Shown: positions 37,231 to 46,493, counted from the stretch's first letter. The stretch is 53,953 bases of DNA from a virus (IMGVR_UViG_3300027741_002957:1-53953), one strand, 5' to 3'. The notes: generated from the letters alone by a model not told the origin. Numbers and translations: made by a program.

Positions 37231-37668
37231 TTAACGTCTACGCAAAGCATAGATATGAACAGTGTATGCACCGGCGGTTCCTGTAGTGTCTAATATAGGC
37301 TCGACCTTGCGCACAAATGAATAATTTGCAATCCATTCTGGCAGTTCATCGGCAATCTTACCGCTTTTACCGCATATAATCACCACGCTCCTAGAGCCGT
37401 TGATGTTGTGTTCCTCGAGGAATTGTCCGGTGGCATTGAATGCCTGTTGTATTGTCAGGCCATGCAGATCAAGACTTGATCTCAGTGTTTGGTCATGTCC
37501 TTTTTTTGGACGAAAACTTTCCTGCGGCTTTTTTTGGAGGTTTTCAATATAAGCATTCCACACTCGCTGATCCTCTGGTTTTACTTGGTCCTGCGAGTTC
37601 CAGTGTGTAACTGATCTGCCTGACAGAGAACGAGATTTGAGTTGTTTTGCCGCTGACATGGTTTTCAT
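37231..37668 (-). CDS. Smr (small MutS-related) domain protein
   Basis: LDLHGLT..QA, VVIICGKSG, LPEW, GAYTV. Start uncertain because it overlaps the upstream ORF. Confidence 0.85.
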   Translation of the reverse strand: MKTMSAAKQLKSRSLSGRSVTHWNSQDQVKPEDQRVWNAYIENLQKKPQESFRPKKGHDQTLRSSLDLHGLTIQQAFNATGQFLEEHNINGSRSVVIICGKSGKIADELPEWIANYSFVRKVEPILDTTGTAGAYTVHIYALRRR

Positions 37669-37825
37669 CCTTGATTATGCTTACATGAAGCCCTATCCCA
37701 GCGGCATCAGCCAGCAACGCATTGAGGAGGTCCACTGTTTGGACCAATTGACTGGTCAATGATGTGCAGTGTCGCAGGGTAACCAAAAGGTCTTCTGGTT
37801 TAGAGGAGTTTGTCGTAGTTTCCAT
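37544..37825 (-). CDS. Hypothetical protein
   Basis: 93-aa ORF overlapping the Smr ORF by about 120 nt. Confidence 0.5.
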   Translation of the reverse strand: METTTNSSKPEDLLVTLRHCTSLTSQLVQTVDLLNALLADAAGIGLHVSIIKDENHVSGKTTQISFSVRQISYTLELAGPSKTRGSASVECLY

Positions 37826-38120
37826 ATGGTTATTATGTGGATCTATCTTGAAAACGTCTAGAAAAGCTCAGTTGTTGTGACCATGATCAAAACTGTGCTA
37901 TATAACATTGAGAGAACAAAGGCCAACCTAGGAACACTGCCCGGTTAGAATAACCAATGGTTTAACTACCATAGGTAAAACCTAAATATCATGCTGGGCC
38001 GATCTTAAGATCACAGCGTTATGATAGATATTGTTTTTGTCTATCAATGGTTTAGAACCACAACATTGACTTCAATGTGTCTGAATCATATAAACAACAA
38101 ATAAGGAGAGTGAAAACGTA

Positions 38121-38849
38121 ATGCGTATAAGCCACCTATTTCTGTACCTGAACCTATGTCTGGGAGCAACTTACATGTATTGTGCCCCAGCCATCGCAGT
38201 GATTACAGTATATCCAACTTCTAGGCATGACGAGGAGCCTCCAGATCTGGACTCAAAACCAATAATCATGGATATACCGTCTCAAAACACTACACCGGTG
38301 GCAATCGCAGTGCCCCCAACTGTATCCACCGACATCAAGGTCAAGACTGTTCAGCCAAAAACTATTCACAAAGCCACAGCCGATTTTAAATCAGTAACGA
38401 ACCTTAGACAACATCTTCCTCTTAACATACCCGAGGCCAATGACCTCAACGATCATGACAGACGAGAAATTGAGTGTATTGCATGGAATCTCTATTTTGA
38501 AGTAAGAGGTGGTAAAATGGATGAACAGATTGCCATAGCCTTTGTGCCTATCAATCGTATAGGCCTTCCAGATTTCGGTGATGATATCTGTACAAATGTT
38601 TTTCAATATACCATTCGCAATGGGGTTGTAAAACATCAGTTCAGTTGGGTAGGCAGAATTCTTGGTCCAAAATGGAAGCGTGAAGATGATTCTTGGGAAA
38701 AAATGCAGAAGATAGCCCTGAGTGTTTACCAACGTAGAATCCGTGATGTTGGACAAGGGGCTACCTATTTTCAAAGTGTACGATTGTCATCTAGTTGGGC
38801 CCATCATGCTAGAAAATTCAGATTGGGCGGTACTCTTTTCTGGAGTTAA
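38121..38849 (+). CDS. Cell wall hydrolase (SleB/Hydrolase_2 family) with N-terminal signal/anchor
   Basis: ECIAWNLYFEVRG, V.INR, IC.NVFQ, QFSW, GATYF. Confidence 0.85.
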   Translation: MRISHLFLYLNLCLGATYMYCAPAIAVITVYPTSRHDEEPPDLDSKPIIMDIPSQNTTPVAIAVPPTVSTDIKVKTVQPKTIHKATADFKSVTNLRQHLPLNIPEANDLNDHDRREIECIAWNLYFEVRGGKMDEQIAIAFVPINRIGLPDFGDDICTNVFQYTIRNGVVKHQFSWVGRILGPKWKREDDSWEKMQKIALSVYQRRIRDVGQGATYFQSVRLSSSWAHHARKFRLGGTLFWS

Positions 38850-38912
38850 CCACAACACCAGGTTTGCAGTATTTTGATAAATACTCCACATACTGCATGC
38901 AAGGAATCATAA

Positions 38913-40058
38913 ATGGCTACGTATTCATACAACACTACCTATTTTGAGATCACATACAACAACAACACGCCAACCAATTATTCGGCGTTGACCGGTTGCC
39001 AAGCAGGAGGTCTTGATAGTGAAACGGCTTGGCAGATACAAAACTGCATCAGAGCCACTGGTAGCACAATAGTAAGCGGTACACCTTTGGCCAACGGGTC
39101 AACTATAATTGTCAATGGGTATACTGTGACATTCAGTTCTACAGATACGCTGGCAGATGTCATTGTCAAACTCAATCTCATGACAAAATTTACAGGAATA
39201 GCAGCTGATCAAAGTGTTGCTGGTGGATATCTCACAGTCTTCAATGCTCCCGGATATGAAGGGACACCATTCTATCTCATGGAAGGCAACGGTACCGCGC
39301 TTGCCACTTTGGGGTTCACCAGCCCTAGCCAATTCATCTATGCACCCAGCGTGATTGCATCTAGCACCTACAGCAACGTGAGCAGCAATTCTAATGTCAA
39401 CATCAACAACACTACTATAACATTCACGGCAGGCAACCTTGCCGCGGCTGCTGCACGTATCAATTCATATACAACCTGCACGGGCGTGGCGGCGTCTGCT
39501 GCTGGACCGTACCTGCAGTTGTCATCGGCCGGTTGGACTCAACCGATAGTCATTAACGGCGGCAACGCATTAACAGCACTTGGCTTTTCAGCAGGTGTTT
39601 ATCCTGGTCCAATCAGCAACATTACACTCAGCGAAGACAAGGAACGAGCCAATATGCGTTGGTTTCAAGCTGTGAGCCAATTGGAAAGCACAGCAACACC
39701 AAACTATTTTGGCAGCATTACACGCACCGGCAACATCGGCAATGCAGCGCTCAACACCATTACCTGGACAGTAGGCTACGGTTGTTATTCTGCACTACAG
39801 ACCACTGCCACTGCATGCGAACCAGATTATGGTACCACCTACACAGGTACGGCTGCCATACAACGCTGGGTTGCACGAGCCATGGTCAACACATGGACCA
39901 GCAATCGCAAAGTGTTTGCCCCTTGTTCCTGTAAGGTACTGGGTTTTGCCTACTATCGTAATCCTGCAAGAATTTTGCCTATTACAGCGCAGGGTGTTGA
40001 CACCAATGTAATAGTAGTTTCTAATAATATTGTCGTTACGCAGATTCCAGGCGTTTAA
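38913..40058 (+). CDS. Virion structural protein (repeated flagellin-hook-like beta domains)
   Basis: Two repeats of IxINxxTxTF...L....IN....GxxA...ALxxLGF. Late promoter at 38876. Confidence 0.6.
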   Translation: MATYSYNTTYFEITYNNNTPTNYSALTGCQAGGLDSETAWQIQNCIRATGSTIVSGTPLANGSTIIVNGYTVTFSSTDTLADVIVKLNLMTKFTGIAADQSVAGGYLTVFNAPGYEGTPFYLMEGNGTALATLGFTSPSQFIYAPSVIASSTYSNVSSNSNVNINNTTITFTAGNLAAAAARINSYTTCTGVAASAAGPYLQLSSAGWTQPIVINGGNALTALGFSAGVYPGPISNITLSEDKERANMRWFQAVSQLESTATPNYFGSITRTGNIGNAALNTITWTVGYGCYSALQTTATACEPDYGTTYTGTAAIQRWVARAMVNTWTSNRKVFAPCSCKVLGFAYYRNPARILPITAQGVDTNVIVVSNNIVVTQIPGV

Positions 40059-40075
40059 CCTAGGATACTAAAACT

Positions 40076-40489
40076 TTGAAACCCAGTGCACACCTACACC
40101 TTCTTATTACGGCTGAGATACAGAACCCGCCGGGCCCAGAAGATTGCGAAAAAATCAATGAGTTCATGCGAGGCATGGTTAAACATGTCCGTATGAACAT
40201 CATGCTTGAACCAAACACAGCATATTGCAGTGATCTCGGTAATGAAGGTATAACCAGCGTAGTAATACTAACAACCAGTCATTGTTCCATGCACATATGG
40301 AACCTGCCAGCCCCAGCACCAAGCATCATGCAATTTGATCTATATAGTTGCGCTGCATTTAGTGTCGATGAGGTATTGGCATACATTGCTGCACATTTCA
40401 AACTTGTCAGTGTAAAATACAAATTTTTAGATAGAGAAAACGGTTTTATCGAGTTAGATCACGGCACCACCTTGTTTAACAAACACTGA
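40076..40489 (+). CDS. speD: Pyruvoyl-dependent decarboxylase, SpeD/AdoMetDC-like
   Basis: GITSVVILTTSHCSMHIW (self-cleavage T|SH in place of E|SH) and QFDLYSC. Confidence 0.8.
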   Translation: MKPSAHLHLLITAEIQNPPGPEDCEKINEFMRGMVKHVRMNIMLEPNTAYCSDLGNEGITSVVILTTSHCSMHIWNLPAPAPSIMQFDLYSCAAFSVDEVLAYIAAHFKLVSVKYKFLDRENGFIELDHGTTLFNKH

Positions 40490-40501
40490 GGAAAACCATC
40501 G

Positions 40502-41725
40502 ATGAAATTGATCAACCTACTGCTGTTGCTGTGTGCCCTGGGTCTCAGCAGCACTGCAGCCTATTACAGTATTGCAGGATTGGCCAGCATATTCAGCAGT
40601 GCATTCTGGCCAGTGGTCGTTATGGCCACTATTCTCGAAGTGAGCAAACTGGTACTGGCTAGTTTTCTCTATCAAAAATGGACTATACTGCCTCGGGGAC
40701 TGCGTATATATCTAACTGCCAGTGTTATGGTGCTGATGCTGATCACCAGCCTTGGCATCTTTGGTTTTCTCAGCAAGGCACATGTTGATCAAGGACTTAC
40801 CACCTCAGAATTAGTGCTGCGCATTGACCAACTCCATCAGCGTCGCATCGAACTTGATAAAACAATCTCACGTTATCAAACTCAGTTAACCCAACTAGAT
40901 ACCAGCATCAATATCAAACTTCAAAACAATAGGTCAATTGATGCTGACGTGCTGCGGAAACAACAGGCTCCAGAGCGTACAGACATCAAGACCCAACTAG
41001 ATTCAGCCTCAGCACAGATAGTAAAGATAACCAACGAAGAAACTGATTTAAAAAGTCAATTACAAATAGTAGAAAGCAAGGTTGGTCCAATCAAATACAT
41101 CGCAGAATTTTTTGCAAATGGCAAAGAAGTTGATCTCGACAAGGCAGTACGCTATATGATCATCATAATCGTTATGGTATTTGATCCACTAGCTGTACTG
41201 ATGCTGATCGGTGCCAATATCAGTTTCAAAAGTGATCAACAAATCATTACTGCACTACCAGCAGCGCCTCTAGTGGAACCTGAAATACCTGCAACAGCAC
41301 CAACTGTAGACTTAGATCAGCTACATGCGGTTATTGCAGAAAGTATGGACGCGTGGCTGAACAAAGCTCTATCTCATCCAGAACTAAAGTCACCTGACCA
41401 AACTGAGACTGTGTCTAGTTCGTTAGTTGTACAAGAAAATACACCACCTATTCCACAAATATCCAACCAACTCCCTACTACAGAAGAACGCAAAGAACCA
41501 ACGCTATCAACGGAATTCAAGATAGATACAGAATCAAAAGTAGAACCAATTACAACTGTACAAGAAAATGACTACAAACGAAAATCGATGACCGGCATCA
41601 TACCTAATAAAATATCTGCTTCAACAATACCACCACCTTTAGAACAAGGTCACGAACGTCCTGAACACCAAAGCAAAGACTTTCTACCAACACACATACC
41701 TCAGGATAGGCGCAGATGGCCATAA
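40502..41725 (+). CDS. Membrane protein with coiled coil
   Basis: N-terminal TM helices (AAYYSIAGL..IF, LEVSKLV, TSLGIFGFLSKAH), coiled coil, VGPIKYIA, VFDPLAV. Confidence 0.75.
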   Translation: MKLINLLLLLCALGLSSTAAYYSIAGLASIFSSAFWPVVVMATILEVSKLVLASFLYQKWTILPRGLRIYLTASVMVLMLITSLGIFGFLSKAHVDQGLTTSELVLRIDQLHQRRIELDKTISRYQTQLTQLDTSINIKLQNNRSIDADVLRKQQAPERTDIKTQLDSASAQIVKITNEETDLKSQLQIVESKVGPIKYIAEFFANGKEVDLDKAVRYMIIIIVMVFDPLAVLMLIGANISFKSDQQIITALPAAPLVEPEIPATAPTVDLDQLHAVIAESMDAWLNKALSHPELKSPDQTETVSSSLVVQENTPPIPQISNQLPTTEERKEPTLSTEFKIDTESKVEPITTVQENDYKRKSMTGIIPNKISASTIPPPLEQGHERPEHQSKDFLPTHIPQDRRRWP

Positions 41726-42957
41726 CAATTTATCATCATTGTAGTTTTTGCGAAAAAACACAACAGCAGATTAAAAAATTAATTGCAGGTCCAGACGTTT
41801 ATATTTGCAATGAATGTGTTAACCTATGTTATGACCTTATCAAGGAAGAACCTGCTAAAATCATACCACAAGACGAACTAACTCCACAACAGGTCACAAG
41901 TTATCTTGATGAATATATAGTTGGACAGGAAAAAGCCAAAAAGACACTGTCAGTGGCCGTATACAACCATATCAAACGCATCAATAATCCTGTGATCGAC
42001 GGTGTTGAAATAGAAAAAAGCAATATGTTGTTTATTGGTGGTTCAGGCACTGGCAAAACATATTTGATACAGACTGTGGCCAAAATTGTCAATGTACCAT
42101 TGGCCATCGTTGACGCTACCAGCTTAACCGAAAGCGGCTACGTTGGTTTGGATGTAGAAGATGCCATTTCTAAACTCTATCAAGCAGCTGATCAAGACAT
42201 TGAAAAAACCAAGTGCGGCATTGTCTACATAGATGAAATTGACAAAAAAGGGCGCAAGTCAGAAAACACCTCGGTAACACGAGACGTCAGTGGCGAAGGC
42301 GTTCAACAGGCACTGCTGAAAATGATTGAAGGTTGCGATGTAAAAATAATGCCCAATGGCGGTAGGAAGAATCCCAACGGAGACTTCATCACAATTAATA
42401 CCAAAAATATACTATTCATCGTAGGTGGAGCCTTTGAAGGTCTTGACAAAATAATCGAAAAGCGACAAACTCAAAATACAACAGGTGTAGGTTTTGGCTC
42501 AAAAATCAAAGATTCTACCAACACCAAGGGCAATTACGATTTAATCAAAACTGTGCGTGGCGATGACATGGTAAAATTTGGGATGATCCCAGAACTAATT
42601 GGTCGACTGCCAATTATTGTCACATTTGAAGATCTTGACGAATCTGCATTGATTAGGATATTGACTGAACCAAAAAATGCTATCATAAAACAGTTTCAAA
42701 AAATGTTTGCTCTTGACAGCATCAATCTTATCTTTGCACCAGACAGTTTGCAGGCAATATCTTCAATGGCAATTGAGATGAAAACCGGAGCCAGGGGACT
42801 GCGTAGCATAGTTGAAAACCTGTTGCTTGACCTGCATTTTTCCCTCCCGCAGATGTCTAAGAATGGAGTTAAAAAAATTATAATATCTAAGGAAACAGTA
42901 GAAAACATGAAAGAACCAGTGCTGGTTTATGATCAAAACAAGGATTCAATACTTTGA
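41716..42957 (+). CDS. clpX: ATP-dependent Clp protease ATPase subunit ClpX
   Basis: Zn domain CSFC...ICNECV, GSGTGKT, GYVG.DVE, IDEIDK, RDVSGEGVQQALLK, VGF loop, GARGLR. Confidence 0.95.
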   Translation: MAITIYHHCSFCEKTQQQIKKLIAGPDVYICNECVNLCYDLIKEEPAKIIPQDELTPQQVTSYLDEYIVGQEKAKKTLSVAVYNHIKRINNPVIDGVEIEKSNMLFIGGSGTGKTYLIQTVAKIVNVPLAIVDATSLTESGYVGLDVEDAISKLYQAADQDIEKTKCGIVYIDEIDKKGRKSENTSVTRDVSGEGVQQALLKMIEGCDVKIMPNGGRKNPNGDFITINTKNILFIVGGAFEGLDKIIEKRQTQNTTGVGFGSKIKDSTNTKGNYDLIKTVRGDDMVKFGMIPELIGRLPIIVTFEDLDESALIRILTEPKNAIIKQFQKMFALDSINLIFAPDSLQAISSMAIEMKTGARGLRSIVENLLLDLHFSLPQMSKNGVKKIIISKETVENMKEPVLVYDQNKDSIL

Positions 42958-43529
42958 GTGGGCATTGGCATAATGATCAACGTCGCAGTCAACGACGTGC
43001 AGAAGATCCAATCAAGGCCAGTATAGTGGCCAACGAGCGCATCAAACATCCTGAAGTAAGATTAGTAGACGAGCAGGGTCAACAGATAGGTATTGTCCCT
43101 ATCAAACAAGCCATGTGGCAGGCACGCAATCTAGGTCTCGACCTAATTGAAATCACCGCAGATGCTGTGCCACCTGTGGTTAGGATAGTAGATCTCAACA
43201 AATGGATCTACAATCTTCGCCAAGAAAAAAAGAAGAAAGAGCGAAAAGCTAGAGAGAATGCTGTGGTCATTAAGGAAATACAACTGCGGCCAGTAACAGA
43301 CAAGCATGACATTGAAACAAAACAGGGGCATGCTCGCGAATTCCTAGCTGACAACAACAAGGTCAAGGTGGTGATCAAATTCCGTGGCCGTGAGTTGAGT
43401 TTCAAAGAAAAGGGATTTGAGATCATGGATACCTTTATCAAAGGTCTCGATGCTTGCAAGTTGGAAAAGACGCCAGAAATGAACGGCCGTACCATAATGG
43501 CCATACTAGCACCAAATGGCAAAAATTGA
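42954..43529 (+). CDS. infC: Translation initiation factor IF-3
   Basis: NERI...EVRLVD, LDLIEI....PPV.RI.D, KEIQLRP....HD, KVKV.IKFRGRE. Confidence 0.93.
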   Translation: MSGHWHNDQRRSQRRAEDPIKASIVANERIKHPEVRLVDEQGQQIGIVPIKQAMWQARNLGLDLIEITADAVPPVVRIVDLNKWIYNLRQEKKKKERKARENAVVIKEIQLRPVTDKHDIETKQGHAREFLADNNKVKVVIKFRGRELSFKEKGFEIMDTFIKGLDACKLEKTPEMNGRTIMAILAPNGKN

Positions 43530-43580
43530 CGGTTTTTCAAATACCTGCTAAAATATATTGTCACTTACAAGGATATAGAA

Positions 43581-43883
43581 ATGGATAATGACGATTTCGT
43601 GCTGCGTAAAAAGGGCATGACAGTTAAGGTTTTCAACAACAATATAGATGGTGCAATCGTACAACTCAAACGTCGTATGAACAGCGAAGGTGTAAACAAA
43701 GAACTTCGCAAGCGGAAACATTACACATCTCCAAGTGTTGTACGCAGACAGAAACTGGCAGAAGCCAAGGTTCGGTGGAAGAAGAAGTATAGCCAAATTA
43801 TGGAAATAGAAATGCCTTCAAAGAAAAAGACCAAACGCGATTACAAACCTGTTAACAGAGCTGTGATTGCATCACCAACCTAA
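43581..43883 (+). CDS. rpsU: Ribosomal protein bS21
   Basis: VKVFNNNIDGAI..LKR....EG..KELRKRKHY.SPS..RR, with a basic C-terminal extension. Confidence 0.85.
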   Translation: MDNDDFVLRKKGMTVKVFNNNIDGAIVQLKRRMNSEGVNKELRKRKHYTSPSVVRRQKLAEAKVRWKKKYSQIMEIEMPSKKKTKRDYKPVNRAVIASPT

Positions 43884-44668
43884 TGCTAGATACTGGCAAG
43901 ATATCAAATGCAGCAAAAGCAGTTGATTGGAAACCTGCCGACCTAAAGATTTACCATAGATTCAAACAACAATTTCACAATTGGATAGCATCATCTAAAC
44001 AACCAGTCAAGGGTTTGCCAGACACTTTTTACATAGTGACTGGCATCACCGATGCATTTAACCAAACCTACGGTCTGTTCAAAAACATAGGTGTATTTCC
44101 TGGAGAATATGGTTATCATAGATTGGCTATTGGCAATCGATGTACTACAGATCTTGCAATGGCAGATGTAATCATCATAAGCCACCCATTTAGTGCTGAT
44201 GGCATGTCAGCACATGACAAACTGGCCAAAGCTGATTTATATGGCAAACCAATATTTGTCGACTGTGCATTTTTTGGGTCCTGCCGGAATATCAATTTTG
44301 ATTTCTCCAAATATAAAAACATACAAAGCGTGTGTTTTTCACTTTCAAAAACATTTGGTACTGGTCATCACAGGGTTGGATTATTATATACGGCTGCAGC
44401 ATATCCTGCAGCGGTTTATGAACAATGGCATTACCCTGTTGTTTCGTCGGCGCAGCATCATTATGGTCTACTTGATACCATGTCTCCAGATGATCTAGCC
44501 GTGAAATATGGCCGTGTACAACTTGAAATCTGCGAGGAACTTGGCATAGTTCCCTCTGATACAGTGATATTTGGATTAGATTATTCAGATAAATTTGCTC
44601 AATTCGACAGAGGCGGGGTCAATAGGTTGTGCATAAGTGATCTGATACGAGATAGATATCACGGTTGA
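43883..44668 (+). CDS. PLP-dependent aminotransferase-like protein
   Basis: G.TDAF, GEY.YH, ISHPFS, VDCAFFG, FSLSKTFG...RVG. Confidence 0.7.
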   Translation: MLDTGKISNAAKAVDWKPADLKIYHRFKQQFHNWIASSKQPVKGLPDTFYIVTGITDAFNQTYGLFKNIGVFPGEYGYHRLAIGNRCTTDLAMADVIIISHPFSADGMSAHDKLAKADLYGKPIFVDCAFFGSCRNINFDFSKYKNIQSVCFSLSKTFGTGHHRVGLLYTAAAYPAAVYEQWHYPVVSSAQHHYGLLDTMSPDDLAVKYGRVQLEICEELGIVPSDTVIFGLDYSDKFAQFDRGGVNRLCISDLIRDRYHG

Positions 44669-44749
44669 CATTTCAGAAAAGAAAATGTAAATAGTATTTG
44701 TCAGCAACTGCTGACAAGGAGATGCCTTAAAGGGTCTCTTATGCTACAA

Positions 44750-44778
44750 ACTTCGCTCACAGAGGAGGTAAAATCATG
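44750..44778 (+). promoter_or_regulatory. ROSE-like RNA thermometer hairpin over the hsp20 SD
   Basis: ACUUC(G)CUC-ACA-GAGGAGGU: UCGCU pairs with the SD leaving a bulged G. Two upstream hairpins lie at about 44700-44740. Confidence 0.7.
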
Positions 44779-45267
44779 CGAAGCCTAACACTCACACAAC
44801 AAATCGATGACCTTTTTCGCGACTTCAACCGGTTTGCAGTTGGATATGAACCAACCTTCCGCATGTTGGATCAAGCACGCACTACTCAAACCAACGGTTA
44901 TCCACCATACGATCTCGAAAGCACCGGTGAAAACAACTACCGTCTCAGCATGGCTGTAGCGGGTTTTACAGCAGACGATCTCGAAATCACTCTGCAAAAT
45001 GGTCTACTAACCATTGACGGCAAAATCAAACAAGATGAAACTCGCACATACCTGCATAAGGGCATTGCTGGTCGCAGTTTCCGCCGCCAATTCTCGCTGC
45101 ACCCCTATGTCGAAATCATAGGCAGCAGTCTTAGCGATGGAATTCTTACTGTGGAATTTGTTCATGAGATACCAGAAAGCATGAAACCACGTAAGATTAC
45201 AATCAATGGTCCAACTGCTGAAATAAAAGTTTTGAATCCGTCGTCTGGGGTTACTGCTACGGCTTGA
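44776..45267 (+). CDS. Small heat-shock protein Hsp20 (IbpA-like)
   Basis: YPPYD, AVAGF, YLHKGIA.RSF.R.F, DGIL, IPE..KPRKI.I. Confidence 0.95.
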   Translation: MRSLTLTQQIDDLFRDFNRFAVGYEPTFRMLDQARTTQTNGYPPYDLESTGENNYRLSMAVAGFTADDLEITLQNGLLTIDGKIKQDETRTYLHKGIAGRSFRRQFSLHPYVEIIGSSLSDGILTVEFVHEIPESMKPRKITINGPTAEIKVLNPSSGVTATA

Positions 45268-45292
45268 CAGGCTAAAACAATCCGCGTAGTAT
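45264..45292 (+). promoter_or_regulatory. Sigma70 promoter for clpS
   Basis: TTGACA-17-TAGTAT. Confidence 0.7.
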
Positions 45293-45312
45293 ATCATTAA
45301 GGGAGAAGGCGT

Positions 45313-45621
45313 ATGGTAACTGCTGATGTGATAGAAGAGGTGATGACTGCACATAAGGTTGCCATACGTCCTCCTAAAATGTTCAATGTGATACTGCACA
45401 ACGATCCGCATACCACTATTGAATTTGTGGTTTTGATCTTGATGAGTATTTTCTACAAGAGTTTTGAAAATGCCACAGCGTTAACTATGGACATTCATGA
45501 GAAGGGTAAAGGTATCGCTGGTACCTATACATTTGAAATTGCAAGCCAAAAACAAACAGACACATTGAATGCAGCTAGAGCTAACGGATTTCCTCTAAAA
45601 TGTGACCTAGTTGAAGCCTAA
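45313..45621 (+). CDS. clpS: Clp protease adaptor ClpS
   Basis: P.MFNVILHNDPHTT.EFVV.IL, IHEKGKGIAG.Y.FEIA..K, GFPL. Confidence 0.93.
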   Translation: MVTADVIEEVMTAHKVAIRPPKMFNVILHNDPHTTIEFVVLILMSIFYKSFENATALTMDIHEKGKGIAGTYTFEIASQKQTDTLNAARANGFPLKCDLVEA

Positions 45622-46469
45622 GGTTGACCCATTTGATGCAGTGCACGTTGGCTGATTATCTCAAAAAAGCATCGTTCGTTGGCCCCATTTAATTTATCAT
45701 AGTCAAAATTGATGCCTGACCAAATGGGACGATAATACAGTGTCAGCTGACTCGGTACCAAAGCCAACTGACCGGTAGTTTTCATATAGCCATTGCGACT
45801 ATCTCTACGGCAGGGATTAAGTTGCGGATTGCTGTCTTTATGGTCTAGTATAGAGTTCATACACTCGTCAAGTGTAGTGGCACGATGCAGACCCAATTCA
45901 GCTTTGATCTTACGCACCTCAGAACTCACACGCTTGCGACTGTGGCTGGGATCATTAGGAACGCGCTGATAACCAGCCCAGGGCAGTAAAATACCATGGT
46001 TGGTACGCACGCAGGTATGAGGTTTGATGATTTCCTCAATTTTATAAACAAAGTCGCCATTTCTATGACTGCTTTCCAACATGAAGCAGCGATTTTGATC
46101 AAAAACAAAAGTATGGCCTGTAAGCTGCTTTTCCACAAGGCTTTCTAGTGCCGATATACAGTCGCGTTCCAGCATTGCGGTCCTGATCTTTTTGCCGTCT
46201 GGACTGAGATAATTTTGTCTAGTTCCTTCATGAGTGGTACCAGTTTGACCTTTTTCATCCGATATTGTAGCCATACTGGCTGAGATTATACTGATCCCAT
46301 GCTCGTTAAGTCCTTCGGTATAGCCTGTGTTTTCATCCCAGATATAGATGCGTTCAATTCCGCCCATACGACTCTTGCGAATATTAATGGTTGGATAGTA
46401 GCCGCGATCTCGATTTTTGATACCAACCCAACCAAGATCAGGAAGATATTTCGCCATTATAATACACAT
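45618..46469 (-). CDS. Ntn-hydrolase-fold protein (N-terminal Cys nucleophile)
   Basis: MCIIMAK...GIKNRDR, EGLNEHGI, VRTNHG. ATG 46469 is 5 nt after GATAAATA, which puts Cys at position 2. Confidence 0.7.
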   Translation of the reverse strand: MCIIMAKYLPDLGWVGIKNRDRGYYPTINIRKSRMGGIERIYIWDENTGYTEGLNEHGISIISASMATISDEKGQTGTTHEGTRQNYLSPDGKKIRTAMLERDCISALESLVEKQLTGHTFVFDQNRCFMLESSHRNGDFVYKIEEIIKPHTCVRTNHGILLPWAGYQRVPNDPSHSRKRVSSEVRKIKAELGLHRATTLDECMNSILDHKDSNPQLNPCRRDSRNGYMKTTGQLALVPSQLTLYYRPIWSGINFDYDKLNGANERCFFEIISQRALHQMGQP

Positions 46470-46493
46470 AAACATATTTATCACGGCAACGAC

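Noticed and set aside
41716-45621. Bacterial chromosomal segment or host contamination (clpX, infC, rpsU, clpS)
   Set aside because: The bacterial context is missing (no clpP/lon, thrS/rpmI or clpA). The genes are divergent, interleaved with phage genes and of similar composition.
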